A stretch of DNA of 49,488 bases, taken from NCBI GenBank assembly GCA_964431555.1, contig CAYSJW010000018.1, positions 1 to 49,488 of the forward strand. The letters run 5' to 3'. Positions 8,738 through 19,702 of the stretch are shown here, in pieces. The position numbers were made by a program, and so were the translations under genes. The notes below the pieces were generated by a model that was not told where the DNA came from, searched no databases, and saw only the letters and a list, made by a program, of their open reading frames with translations. Position 1 is the stretch's first letter; each line of letters opens with the position of its first letter. The stretch comes from an uncultured Gammaproteobacteria bacterium (lineage in GTDB: Bacteria; Patescibacteriota; Microgenomatia; UBA8517).

Positions 8738-9486
8738 AAAATTTGCACATATCTGTTTCGGCTGAGCCGATATTTCATATCGGGGGTTTGAAAATTACGA
8801 ACTCCCTTTTTATGAGTTTGTTGGTGACCTTTTTTTTGGTAATTATTGCCATTTTCGTTTATTTTCAAACACCTAAATCGGGCAAATCCAAAAAATCTTT
8901 ACTGTTTTTATTTTCGGAAATGATCATTGAGGCATTTTATAATTTTTTCAGAAATATAGCTGGTGAAATTACAGATAGATTGTTTCCTTTGGTTATAACT
9001 CTGTTTTTATTTATTATCTTTAGCAACTGGATTGGGCTTCTTCCGGGTGTTGGATCGATTGGTTTTTATGAGTATGAGGGTCAAGAAATAATATTTGTAC
9101 CTCTTTTTCGTGGACCAAATGCAGATTTAAATACAACGATCGCGCTTGCGCTTATATCAGTAGGTGTTACTCAATATTTGAGTATAAAAAACTTGGGGAT
9201 AAAAATTTATCTTGCGCGATTTATCAATTTTAAAAATCCAATAAAGTTTTTTGTTGGAATACTTGAACTAATTTCGGAGTTTGCAAAGATACTTTCTTTT
9301 TCATTCCGTCTTTTTGGTAATATTTTCGCTGGTGAAGTTCTTTTGATGGTTATGATTTTTCTTATACCGGTTTTAGTTCCTGTTCCTTTTTTGATTTTGG
9401 AGGTTTTTGTTGGTTTTATACAGGCCTTAGTTTTTACCATGTTAACAACAATATTTGTAGTTGTGGCGACGCAACACCATGATTAG
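8734..9486 (+). CDS. atpB: F0F1 ATP synthase subunit a
   Basis: 250 aa and polytopic. Hallmark FRLFGNIFAGE with the essential Arg, and LPGVGS, ADLNTT motifs. Confidence 0.93.
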   Translation: MKNLHISVSAEPIFHIGGLKITNSLFMSLLVTFFLVIIAIFVYFQTPKSGKSKKSLLFLFSEMIIEAFYNFFRNIAGEITDRLFPLVITLFLFIIFSNWIGLLPGVGSIGFYEYEGQEIIFVPLFRGPNADLNTTIALALISVGVTQYLSIKNLGIKIYLARFINFKNPIKFFVGILELISEFAKILSFSFRLFGNIFAGEVLLMVMIFLIPVLVPVPFLILEVFVGFIQALVFTMLTTIFVVVATQHHD

Positions 9487-9528
9487 ATTTTGACTATTTT
9501 TTTGTAAAAAGTGAGGAGGTGAAAATGA

Positions 9529-9747
<219 letters not shown>

Positions 9748-9772
9748 TAAATTTATTAAGCTTAATTAATAT

Positions 9773-10132
9773 ATGGAAAAACTAGGGATAGATCTTAAAT
9801 TGATAGTTGTACAGATTATAAATTTCTTGTTTTTGCTTTTGATACTAAAAAAAGTGGCTTATAAGCCTATTCTTAAAATTATTGAGGAAAGAAAAAGAAC
9901 CCTGGAGGATATTGAAAGAGAAAAGCAATCTATAGAAGTTAGTAAAAAAGAGTTAATTGAAGAGCAAAAAAAAATATTATCTGAGGCTTTAAAGGAGAAA
10001 AGAGCTATATTATCTTCTGCAAGAAGAGAAGCGGAAGCTTTGCGTAAAGAAATAATTGAAAAGGCTAATAGAGAAGCCAAAGAGATAATTACGGGGACAA
10101 AAAGACAAATCGAAAGAGATAAGGCTAGGTGA
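9773..10132 (+). CDS. atpF: F0F1 ATP synthase subunit b (short, 119 aa)
   Basis: N-terminal TM (VVQIINFLFLLLIL), then KKVAYKPILKIIEERKRTLEDI and a charged coiled coil. It ends well before the usual length of ~155-170 aa. Confidence 0.8.
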   Translation: MEKLGIDLKLIVVQIINFLFLLLILKKVAYKPILKIIEERKRTLEDIEREKQSIEVSKKELIEEQKKILSEALKEKRAILSSARREAEALRKEIIEKANREAKEIITGTKRQIERDKAR

Positions 10133-10181
10133 TTTATTAAATTTATTTTAAGTATAAATTTTTGCAAGTTCGGAAAATTCT

Positions 10182-11649
10182 ATGAATGAAGATAAAAGAA
10201 AAGGAGAGATTATTTCATTGGCAGATGGAGTAGTTTGGCTGAGTGGGATGATGGATGCTATGTTTGGTGAAATTATAGATTTTGGGAATAGTGTTTTTGG
10301 CTTGGTTATGAACTTAGAAGAAAAAAAAGTTGGGGTGATTGTTTTAGGTGGGTTTGAAAATCTAAATCTAGGCGGATTTGCTTATACTACTGGAAGACTT
10401 TTGGAAGTGGGAGTTAGTGAGGAGATGTTGGGTAGAGTTGTTGATCCTTTGGGAAAGCCAATAGATGAAGGTGCAAAATTCTCAAGGTTAAAACCGATGC
10501 CTATTGAAAGAGTAGCTCCAGGTGTGACTGAACGTAAACCCGTTGATACTCCCTTGCAAACTGGAATCAAGGCGATTGACTCCATGATTCCAATAGGAAG
10601 AGGTCAGCGTGAACTTATAATAGGGGATAGAAAAACAGGTAAGACTGCTATTGCTGTTGATACAATTATTAATCAAAAGGACTCAGATGTCATTTGTATA
10701 TATGTTTCCATTGGCCAGAAGAGAGTTAAATTGGCTGAGACTATAAAAAAACTTGATGAGTACGGTGTTTTAAAGAAGACAATAATTGTGGCTGCAACAT
10801 CTTCGGATTCGGCAGCATTAAGATATCTGGCTCCATATGCAGGATGTGCAATTGGTGAATATTTTATGGAAAAAGGAGGCCATGCTTTGGTGATTTACGA
10901 TGATTTAACAAAACACGCTTGGTCATATCGAGAAATTTCACTTCTTCTACGACGTCCAACCGGACGAGAAGCTTATCCGGGGGATATCTTTTATCTTCAT
11001 TCAAGGCTTTTGGAAAGATCGTGTCAGTTATCGGATGAAAAAGGTGGTGGTTCCTTAACTGCCTTGCCAATTGTTGAAACACAAGCTCAAGACGTCTCTG
11101 CTTATATTCCTACTAATATTATTTCTATAACAGACGGGCAAATCTATCTTGAACCGGATTTGTTTTTCGCTGGAATAAGACCGGCTTTAAATGTTGGTTT
11201 GTCGGTTTCAAGAATTGGAGGATCGGCGCAAATAAGAGCTATGAAAAAGGTGGCTGGAAAGTTAAGACTTGATCTTTCGCAGTATTATGAACTTTCAAGT
11301 TTTGCACAATTTGCCACCGATCTTGATCAAGCAACCAAACAAAAAATAGAAAGAGGGAAAAGGATTGTAGAAGTTCTCAAACAGAAGCAGTATTCTCCTA
11401 TGAAAGTTGAAGATCAGGTACTGGTTATCTATCTTGCGGTGAATGGGGTACTTGATGATGTAGCTTTGGATTTGATTCCTGAATTTCAGGAGGAGTTTTT
11501 AAAATTTGTTTACAGTAAATATGAGTCACTTGTTAGATATTTGGTAGAAAAAAAAGATTTTGATGAAAAGTTAGAGGTGAAATTAAAGAAAGTTGTTGAT
11601 GAGTTTAAAACTTTGTTTTTAAAGACTCACAAGACAGGGGAGATTGATT

Positions 11650-11672
<23 letters not shown>
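10182..11672 (+). CDS. atpA: F0F1 ATP synthase subunit alpha
   Basis: 496 aa. Walker [12 protein letters not shown], plus [26 protein letters not shown] and ITDGQIYLE. Confidence 0.97.
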
Positions 11673-14382
<2,710 letters not shown>

Positions 14383-14401
14383 AAGATTACTTCCTTTTTA
14401 T

Positions 14402-14857
14402 ATGTTGATAAAAGAGATAATGACAAAATCTGTAATTACTGTAAACCCGAATGATACTTTCTTGAAGGTGATTAAAATTTTAGTTAAGAATAAAATTTCC
14501 GGGGTTGTTGTTTTAGGAAGGGGGAAGAAAGTTTTGAGTGTTGTTTCAGAAAAAGACCTTTTTTACATGCTTTTTCCGGATCAGAAAAAGTTTTACAAGG
14601 ATATAGAATTTTACATTAATTATAAAAATATTGAGGGTGATGTAAAAAGATTGGTAAATAAAAAAGTAAAGAGTTTTATGAGAAAAAGGGTTTATACGAT
14701 AAATCCTGATGATCATGTTCTTAAGGCTTGTGCTATGTTTCTTGTTCATAACATCAGAAGGTTGCCTGTAGTGGAGAATGGAAGGTTGGTTGGTATAGTA
14801 ACGACAAACGATATATATAGAAATTATCTAAATAGATTGATTAGTAAAACTCGATAG
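14402..14857 (+). CDS. CBS-pair (Bateman) domain protein
   Basis: 151 aa with two CBS repeats (IMTKSVITVNPNDT...ISGVVVL...SVVSEKDL and FMRKRVYTINPDD...RRLPVVENGRLVGIVTTNDI). It lies 19 nt downstream of atpC on the same strand. Confidence 0.8.
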   Translation: MLIKEIMTKSVITVNPNDTFLKVIKILVKNKISGVVVLGRGKKVLSVVSEKDLFYMLFPDQKKFYKDIEFYINYKNIEGDVKRLVNKKVKSFMRKRVYTINPDDHVLKACAMFLVHNIRRLPVVENGRLVGIVTTNDIYRNYLNRLISKTR

Positions 14858-15121
14858 TTTCTTAACATCTTAATTATAATGTTTTGTTATTTAGAATTGA
14901 CTTTATTATATTAAAAGTTTGAGATTTATTTTTTTATAGTTAGTGTCTTACATTTTTTGTTTGAATAAAATTTTGCATTCGTTCTGTAAACCATCTTTAG
15001 TATTTTTTTCTTAAACTTTATAAGATCTTCAATAATATTGATTTCGTGGATTGTTTGAATTTTGACGATAGCAAATTTTATTGGAAGTTTGATTCGTATT
15101 TGTGCTAGACTTCAATAATAT

Positions 15122-15832
15122 ATGGTGAAGGTAATAAAAGAGATATCCGTTTTTTTTCCGACTTACAATGAAGAAAAAAATATCAGAAAGGTTGTATCTG
15201 ATGCAAAGAAAGTTTTAGAGGAGATTTCTCAAAGATGGGAGATAATAATTGTTGAAGATGGTTCAAAGGACAAAACTCCTCAGATAGTTGACCAAATAGC
15301 GAAAAAAGATAGAAGAATAAGGGTAATTCATCATAGACCCAATCGCGGTTATGGGGGTGCTTTGAAAACTGGCTTTTCCAACGCCAAATATGAATGGGTA
15401 GCTTTTTCTGACTCTGACGGGCAGTTTGACTTTTCGGAAATTACAAAATTTATTAGTAAACAAAAAGAAACAGGTGCAGATCTTATTTTAGGAATAAGGA
15501 GGCAAAGAGCTGATCCTTTTATTCGTAAAGTTTTTACCTTTTTTTGGTCAAAACTTTTGCCAAGGATTTTGTTGGGTCTTAAGGTTAAGGATTATTCTTG
15601 CGGCTTCAAAATGATCAGAAGGAAGGTATACCAAAGTGTACAGCCTTTGGTGGGCGAAGAGAAGGTTACACAGATTGAGATGCTAACTAAAGCGAAACGA
15701 TTTGGTTTTGAATTTGCGGAAGTTGAGGTAAGTCACTATCCAAGAAAGTTTGGGAAACAAACTGGCGCTGATTTAAAAGTGGTTTTTCGCAGCATTCGAG
15801 ACCTTTTGAAACTTTGGTGGCAGTTGAAATGA
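15122..15832 (+). CDS. GT2, Dpm1/GtrB/ArnC-like polyprenyl-phosphate sugar synthase
   Basis: 236 aa. Motifs VFFPTYNEEKNI, VEDGSKDKT, SDSDGQFD (DXD) and GIRR. The stop overlaps the ATG of the next GT-C gene. Confidence 0.8.
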   Translation: MVKVIKEISVFFPTYNEEKNIRKVVSDAKKVLEEISQRWEIIIVEDGSKDKTPQIVDQIAKKDRRIRVIHHRPNRGYGGALKTGFSNAKYEWVAFSDSDGQFDFSEITKFISKQKETGADLILGIRRQRADPFIRKVFTFFWSKLLPRILLGLKVKDYSCGFKMIRRKVYQSVQPLVGEEKVTQIEMLTKAKRFGFEFAEVEVSHYPRKFGKQTGADLKVVFRSIRDLLKLWWQLK

Positions 15833-17433
15833 AGAGAAAATTTAGGGTTTACCATTTACAACTTAGAAAATGGTTTAAAAAAAATCGTTGGGAGGCAATC
15901 TTTTTATTTGCGATACTTTTAATCGCAGCCTTTCTAAGACTTTATAGGATAGATGAATATATGACTTTTTTGGGGGATGAGGGAAGAGATGCGATTGTTG
16001 TCAGAAGACTCCTTGTAAATTTCGATCCGATTTTGATAGGTCCAGGGACATCAATTGGTAATATGTATTTGGGGCCTTTGTATTATTATCTTATTGCACC
16101 GAGTTTGTTTTTGGCAAATTTTTCACCGGTTGGACCGTCGATTTTTGTGGCTTTTCTAGGGATTTTTACTTGTTTTTTAGTTTGGTGGGTAAGTCGGGAT
16201 TGGTTTGGTAAGGGGGCAGCTTTTGTAGCCGTTACTTTATATTCTATTTCACCGGTTGTAATTGCCTATTCACGCTCATCTTGGAATCCAAATATAATGC
16301 CTTTTTTTGCATTACTATGCATTTATTCGGTATGGAAGATCTGGTTAATTCCGACAAAAAGTACCAATAGTTTAAGGAAGGAAAATTTGTTTTGGCAAAT
16401 TGTGCTTGCAGTTTCTTACGCGTTTGTTCTTCAATCACATTATTTGGGTTTGCTTCTTGCTCCTGTACTTGTCTTATTTTGGTTTTTGGGTTTTAAAAGG
16501 GTATTTAAATTGACAAGAGGAGATGAATTAATTAAAAAGAATTTCATTAAAAGTTCAGTATTAGGCTTTGGCATTTTTTTATTTCTTATGTCTCCTTTGC
16601 TGATTTTTGATGCCCGTCATGGTTGGAATAATTTTTCGGCGATAAAGACCTTTTTCACGGTGAGGCAGACAACCGTTTCGGCACGTCCTTGGAGTGCTAT
16701 TCCCAAATTAATACCTTTAACTCAGAAGATTTCAACAAGACTGATTACTGCTACTAATGAAAAATACGGAAAGTGGTTAAATACAATTTTATGGGCAGGA
16801 TTTATATGGGTTATTTTAAGATTGAGAGAATTTGGATTGAAGGGCAAAAAAAAACGGGCTTTTTTAATTTTATTAGCCTGGATGGGTTTTGCACTATTGG
16901 GCTTGGGTGTTTATAAACAGGAAATTTATGATCATTACTATGGTTTTTTTTCACCTGGTCTATTTATCTTTTTGGGAGGAGTGTTTCAGGTATTTCTGGA
17001 GGAAAGAAAATTTAGCTTTTTTCATGTTTTGATTGGTTTTTTTGTATTTTTTTTGGTATATCTGGATATTCAAAATAATCCCTTGAAATATCCTCCCAAT
17101 CGCCAGATGCAAAGGGCTCGGGAAGTTGCCAACTTGATAGCTGAAAAGGCGGGAAATTCAAGATTTAATTTAGCGGTTATTGCGGAGAGGAATTATGAGG
17201 ATGGATATCAGTATTTTTTGGAAAAAAATGGCAAAAAGGTTTTGGATATAAATCCTCTTAATTTGGAAAAAACTCTAGCTGATATTTTATTTGTCGTTTG
17301 TGAGTTGCCGAAAGAAAAATGTGATCCTACTCATAGTCCTAAAGCGGAAATTGCCAATTTTGGTTGGAGTAAGATTGATGGTGAATGGGATATTTCAGGA
17401 GTAACGGTCTATAAACTTGTGCATGTTGAGTGA
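15829..17433 (+). CDS. GT-C-like polytopic membrane glycosyltransferase, paralog family 1 (D-x-G-R-D / YYYLIAP type)
   Basis: After TM1 the sequence reads LRLYRIDEYMTFLGDEGRDAIVVRRL...IGPGTSIGNMYLGPLYYYLIAP. There are many TM helices and a C-terminal soluble domain (~120 aa). I place the start at ATG 15829 (ATGA overlap) rather than TTG 15814. Confidence 0.65.
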   Translation: MKRKFRVYHLQLRKWFKKNRWEAIFLFAILLIAAFLRLYRIDEYMTFLGDEGRDAIVVRRLLVNFDPILIGPGTSIGNMYLGPLYYYLIAPSLFLANFSPVGPSIFVAFLGIFTCFLVWWVSRDWFGKGAAFVAVTLYSISPVVIAYSRSSWNPNIMPFFALLCIYSVWKIWLIPTKSTNSLRKENLFWQIVLAVSYAFVLQSHYLGLLLAPVLVLFWFLGFKRVFKLTRGDELIKKNFIKSSVLGFGIFLFLMSPLLIFDARHGWNNFSAIKTFFTVRQTTVSARPWSAIPKLIPLTQKISTRLITATNEKYGKWLNTILWAGFIWVILRLREFGLKGKKKRAFLILLAWMGFALLGLGVYKQEIYDHYYGFFSPGLFIFLGGVFQVFLEERKFSFFHVLIGFFVFFLVYLDIQNNPLKYPPNRQMQRAREVANLIAEKAGNSRFNLAVIAERNYEDGYQYFLEKNGKKVLDINPLNLEKTLADILFVVCELPKEKCDPTHSPKAEIANFGWSKIDGEWDISGVTVYKLVHVE

Positions 17434-17522
17434 GTGGTGGTTCTAAGTCTTTTTGCTTTACTGTTTCAGCGCAATAAAGCAAGACATTATGGTATTTTCT
17501 TATGGTTTTTTAGAAAAAATAT

Positions 17523-18461
17523 ATGAAGGAAGAAATAAATAAAATAGGTATTAAAGCTTACACTCTAAAACTTCTTAAAGAAAAAGGGATTTTTAAGGAA
17601 AATTTGTATATCTCTCCAAGTTTACCTTCAAAGGAAAAATTTATTAAAGACTTAGAAAATTCTGGATTCGAAGACGGAGATGAATTATCTTGCAGATTTT
17701 CTCATCCGACTAAAACGATACATTTGCCACGAACTATAGCGAACAGTTTTGATAAGGCTTATGAATTTTATCTTAAAAATATTCGCAAGGATTTGACAAT
17801 TCTTATCCATAATCTAATGCATGCAAAGTATGCGGGAACAATTAGCAAGATAAAAGAAGGTCTCCTTTTGGAATTTATTGAAGGGGATTGGAATGCAGAT
17901 TATTCGCTGAATATGGATAGTGCAATTTTTGGTGAAGGTGAGAGTATCTGGTATTTATATCAAAAAGAGAGAAAAGTACCTTATGTGGTAGAAGGATGCG
18001 TTAAATATAAAACCATATATCCTGTAAAAGACGATTTAGCCAAAAAAATTTTTAGGAATTTTTTGCCCAAAATTAATATTGTTAGAGGTATTTTGTCTGA
18101 TAGTTATAATTCACTGGAACTTTTAATAGATGAAGATGGAAGTTTTTATCCTCTTAAACTTTTAAATATAGAACATCTTTCTAAAAATGTAGTATTTGAG
18201 AAAGTTGAAGATTTTTATGAAATTAAAACACCTTACGATCTTAAAAAATGGGATAAAAGAACAAAACTTTTGATTTCAATTCCTGCTAATTTTGATAAGG
18301 CAGATGCTTTAATTAAAGTTATATCTAAAGTAAAAAAATATACAGATAGCGTTTATATAAGTTATGGTATATTATCTCACCCTGCAATTTTGATGAGAGA
18401 GGCTGGGCTTAAAGTTGAAAGAAAGAGGTCAGATTATAGGGTTTTGAAGTTTAAATATTGA
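17523..18461 (+). CDS. Hypothetical protein with degenerate PPDK_N-like N-terminus and a PEP-utilizer mobile-domain-like C-terminus
   Basis: 312 aa and soluble. N-terminal GIKAYTLKLLKEKGI (compare GGKGANL..L...GI). C-terminal YISYGILSHPAILMREAGLKV resembles the swivel-His motif G..tSHaAI.ARE.GiP. Confidence 0.3.
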   Translation: MKEEINKIGIKAYTLKLLKEKGIFKENLYISPSLPSKEKFIKDLENSGFEDGDELSCRFSHPTKTIHLPRTIANSFDKAYEFYLKNIRKDLTILIHNLMHAKYAGTISKIKEGLLLEFIEGDWNADYSLNMDSAIFGEGESIWYLYQKERKVPYVVEGCVKYKTIYPVKDDLAKKIFRNFLPKINIVRGILSDSYNSLELLIDEDGSFYPLKLLNIEHLSKNVVFEKVEDFYEIKTPYDLKKWDKRTKLLISIPANFDKADALIKVISKVKKYTDSVYISYGILSHPAILMREAGLKVERKRSDYRVLKFKY

Positions 18462-18493
18462 GTGTTTATATCTGTTAATTTCAGTACCGAACC

Positions 18494-18522
18494 TTGCATG
18501 TATCATATTGTAATATTAAAAT
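18494..18522 (+). promoter_or_regulatory. Promoter-like element upstream of nrnA
   Basis: TTGCAT (18494-18499), a 17-nt spacer, then TAAAAT (18517-18522). AT-rich DNA produces such matches by chance. Confidence 0.3.
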
Positions 18523-18562
18523 GGAAGGCTTGAGATGAATTTCTAAATTGAAAATTTCTAAA

Positions 18563-18630
18563 TTCAAACCGAAAGGTTTGAACGTAATCAACCCGTCGGG
18601 TTGAATAGGTTTGAACCTTTCGGGTTTTTG
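18563..18630. repeat. Imperfect palindromic repeat element, copy A (intergenic, ends 5 nt before the nrnA ATG)
   Basis: A perfect local hairpin ttcaaacc-gaaa-ggtttgaa spans 18563-18582. The central palindrome aacccgtcgggtt spans 18590-18602. The right arm ggtttgaacctttcgggt spans 18608-18625 and is followed by tttttg. Left and right arms are largely reverse-complementary around the centre at 18595-18597. By manual count, 45 of 51 positions are identical to 24584-24634, with identical internal spacing. Confidence 0.75.
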
Positions 18631-18635
18631 TAAAA

Positions 18636-19640
18636 ATGAACTACAATTACAAGGAAGCTAAAAAAATACTAAAAATAATTAAAAAATCAGAAAGTATTTT
18701 GCTTAATTGTCATCGAGGTCCTGATCCTGATTCAATCGGAAGTACATTGGCACTTTTTAATGTTTTAAGAAATATGGGTAAAAAGGTAGATGTAGTTTGT
18801 CCAAGTAAGGAGCTTTATGAGGGAGTAGAATTTTTGGATAATTATGATTTGATTAAGAGAAATGTTAATTTTTTTGATTTTGATTTTAAAAATTATGATT
18901 TATTTATAATTTTGGATTCATCCAGTTGGGATATGGTAACAAGTGACATAAAAGCACCTCGTCCTTCAATACCATCAATAGTTGTTGATCACCATTATAC
19001 AAATTCAAGATATGGTGATATTAATATTGTTGATGAAAAAGCTTCCTCAACAGGAGAAATTATCTTTAGATTGTTTGAAGATTGGCGGATTAAAATTGAT
19101 TTAAATACGGCCAATGCCCTTTTAACAGCGATAATTAGCGACACTGGTCTTTTCAGGTATCCTAATCAGACTGAAAAGACTTATTCTGCCTTTTTAAAAC
19201 TTTTAGAAATGGGCGCCGATAAGGATTTGATAGTGTCTCGTTTATACAGGAACAATGATATTAAATTGCTTAAATTTTGGGGCGAGGTTTTGACTAGGCT
19301 TAAGGTTGACAAGGAGAATAAATTTGTCTACTCTGCTATTCCTTATGAAATTTATCGTAAGTTTGGTAAACTTCGAAATGCAAAAGATTCTTCTTGTGAT
19401 CTTTTTGCACAATCAACAAGTGAAACTGATTTTGGCTTCTTTGTTATTGAGGAAGAGAAAAATGAAATATCAGTGAGTTTTAGATCAAGAAATTATTTTG
19501 ATACGTCAAGAATAGCTTTGGAATTGGGAGGAGGAGGTCATAAAGCGGCATCGGGTGCTAAAATTCACGGAAAATCATTTAAAAGTGCTTTAAATCTCAT
19601 TTTAAATGTGGCTAGAAAGTATACGAAAATTTCCCAATGA
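18636..19640 (+). CDS. nrnA: DHH/DHHA1 phosphoesterase, NrnA-like oligoribonuclease / pAp phosphatase
   Basis: 334 aa. Motifs HRGPDPDSIGS, ILDSS, VVDHH, ISDTGLFRY and a C-terminal GGGGH. Confidence 0.85.
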   Translation: MNYNYKEAKKILKIIKKSESILLNCHRGPDPDSIGSTLALFNVLRNMGKKVDVVCPSKELYEGVEFLDNYDLIKRNVNFFDFDFKNYDLFIILDSSSWDMVTSDIKAPRPSIPSIVVDHHYTNSRYGDINIVDEKASSTGEIIFRLFEDWRIKIDLNTANALLTAIISDTGLFRYPNQTEKTYSAFLKLLEMGADKDLIVSRLYRNNDIKLLKFWGEVLTRLKVDKENKFVYSAIPYEIYRKFGKLRNAKDSSCDLFAQSTSETDFGFFVIEEEKNEISVSFRSRNYFDTSRIALELGGGGHKAASGAKIHGKSFKSALNLILNVARKYTKISQ

Positions 19641-19702
19641 GCTTCTTTATTAAAAAATATCAAAAGCCTAATCTTATTTAGTTAGAAAAATATTTAGACT
19701 TT

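Noticed and set aside
15027-15121. The 12-mer cttcaataatat repeated at 15027-15038 and 15110-15121 within the 264-nt gap upstream of GT2 15122, considered as a regulatory repeat or small RNA.
   Set aside because: The sequence is low-complexity and AT-rich, with no associated structure or conservation that I can assess. Several weak promoter-like hexamers exist but none is convincing.
16846-16854. Homopolymer tracts of 8-9 nt inside glycosyltransferase genes, considered as slipped-strand phase-variation switches. Examples: A9 at 16846-16854, T9 at 23555-23563, T9 near 28327 and A9 near 40090.
   Set aside because: Comparable runs occur in housekeeping genes (for example T8 in atpB near 8830 and an A-run in atpA near 10320) and in intergenic DNA. 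They look compositional rather than targeted, and only population-level length variation could revive the idea.
17453-17482. An 8-bp perfect stem (ttgcttta / taaagcaa) with a 14-nt loop downstream of 15829..17433, considered as an intrinsic terminator.
   Set aside because: The loop is long, the stem is AT-rich and no U-tract follows immediately, so support is too weak to annotate.
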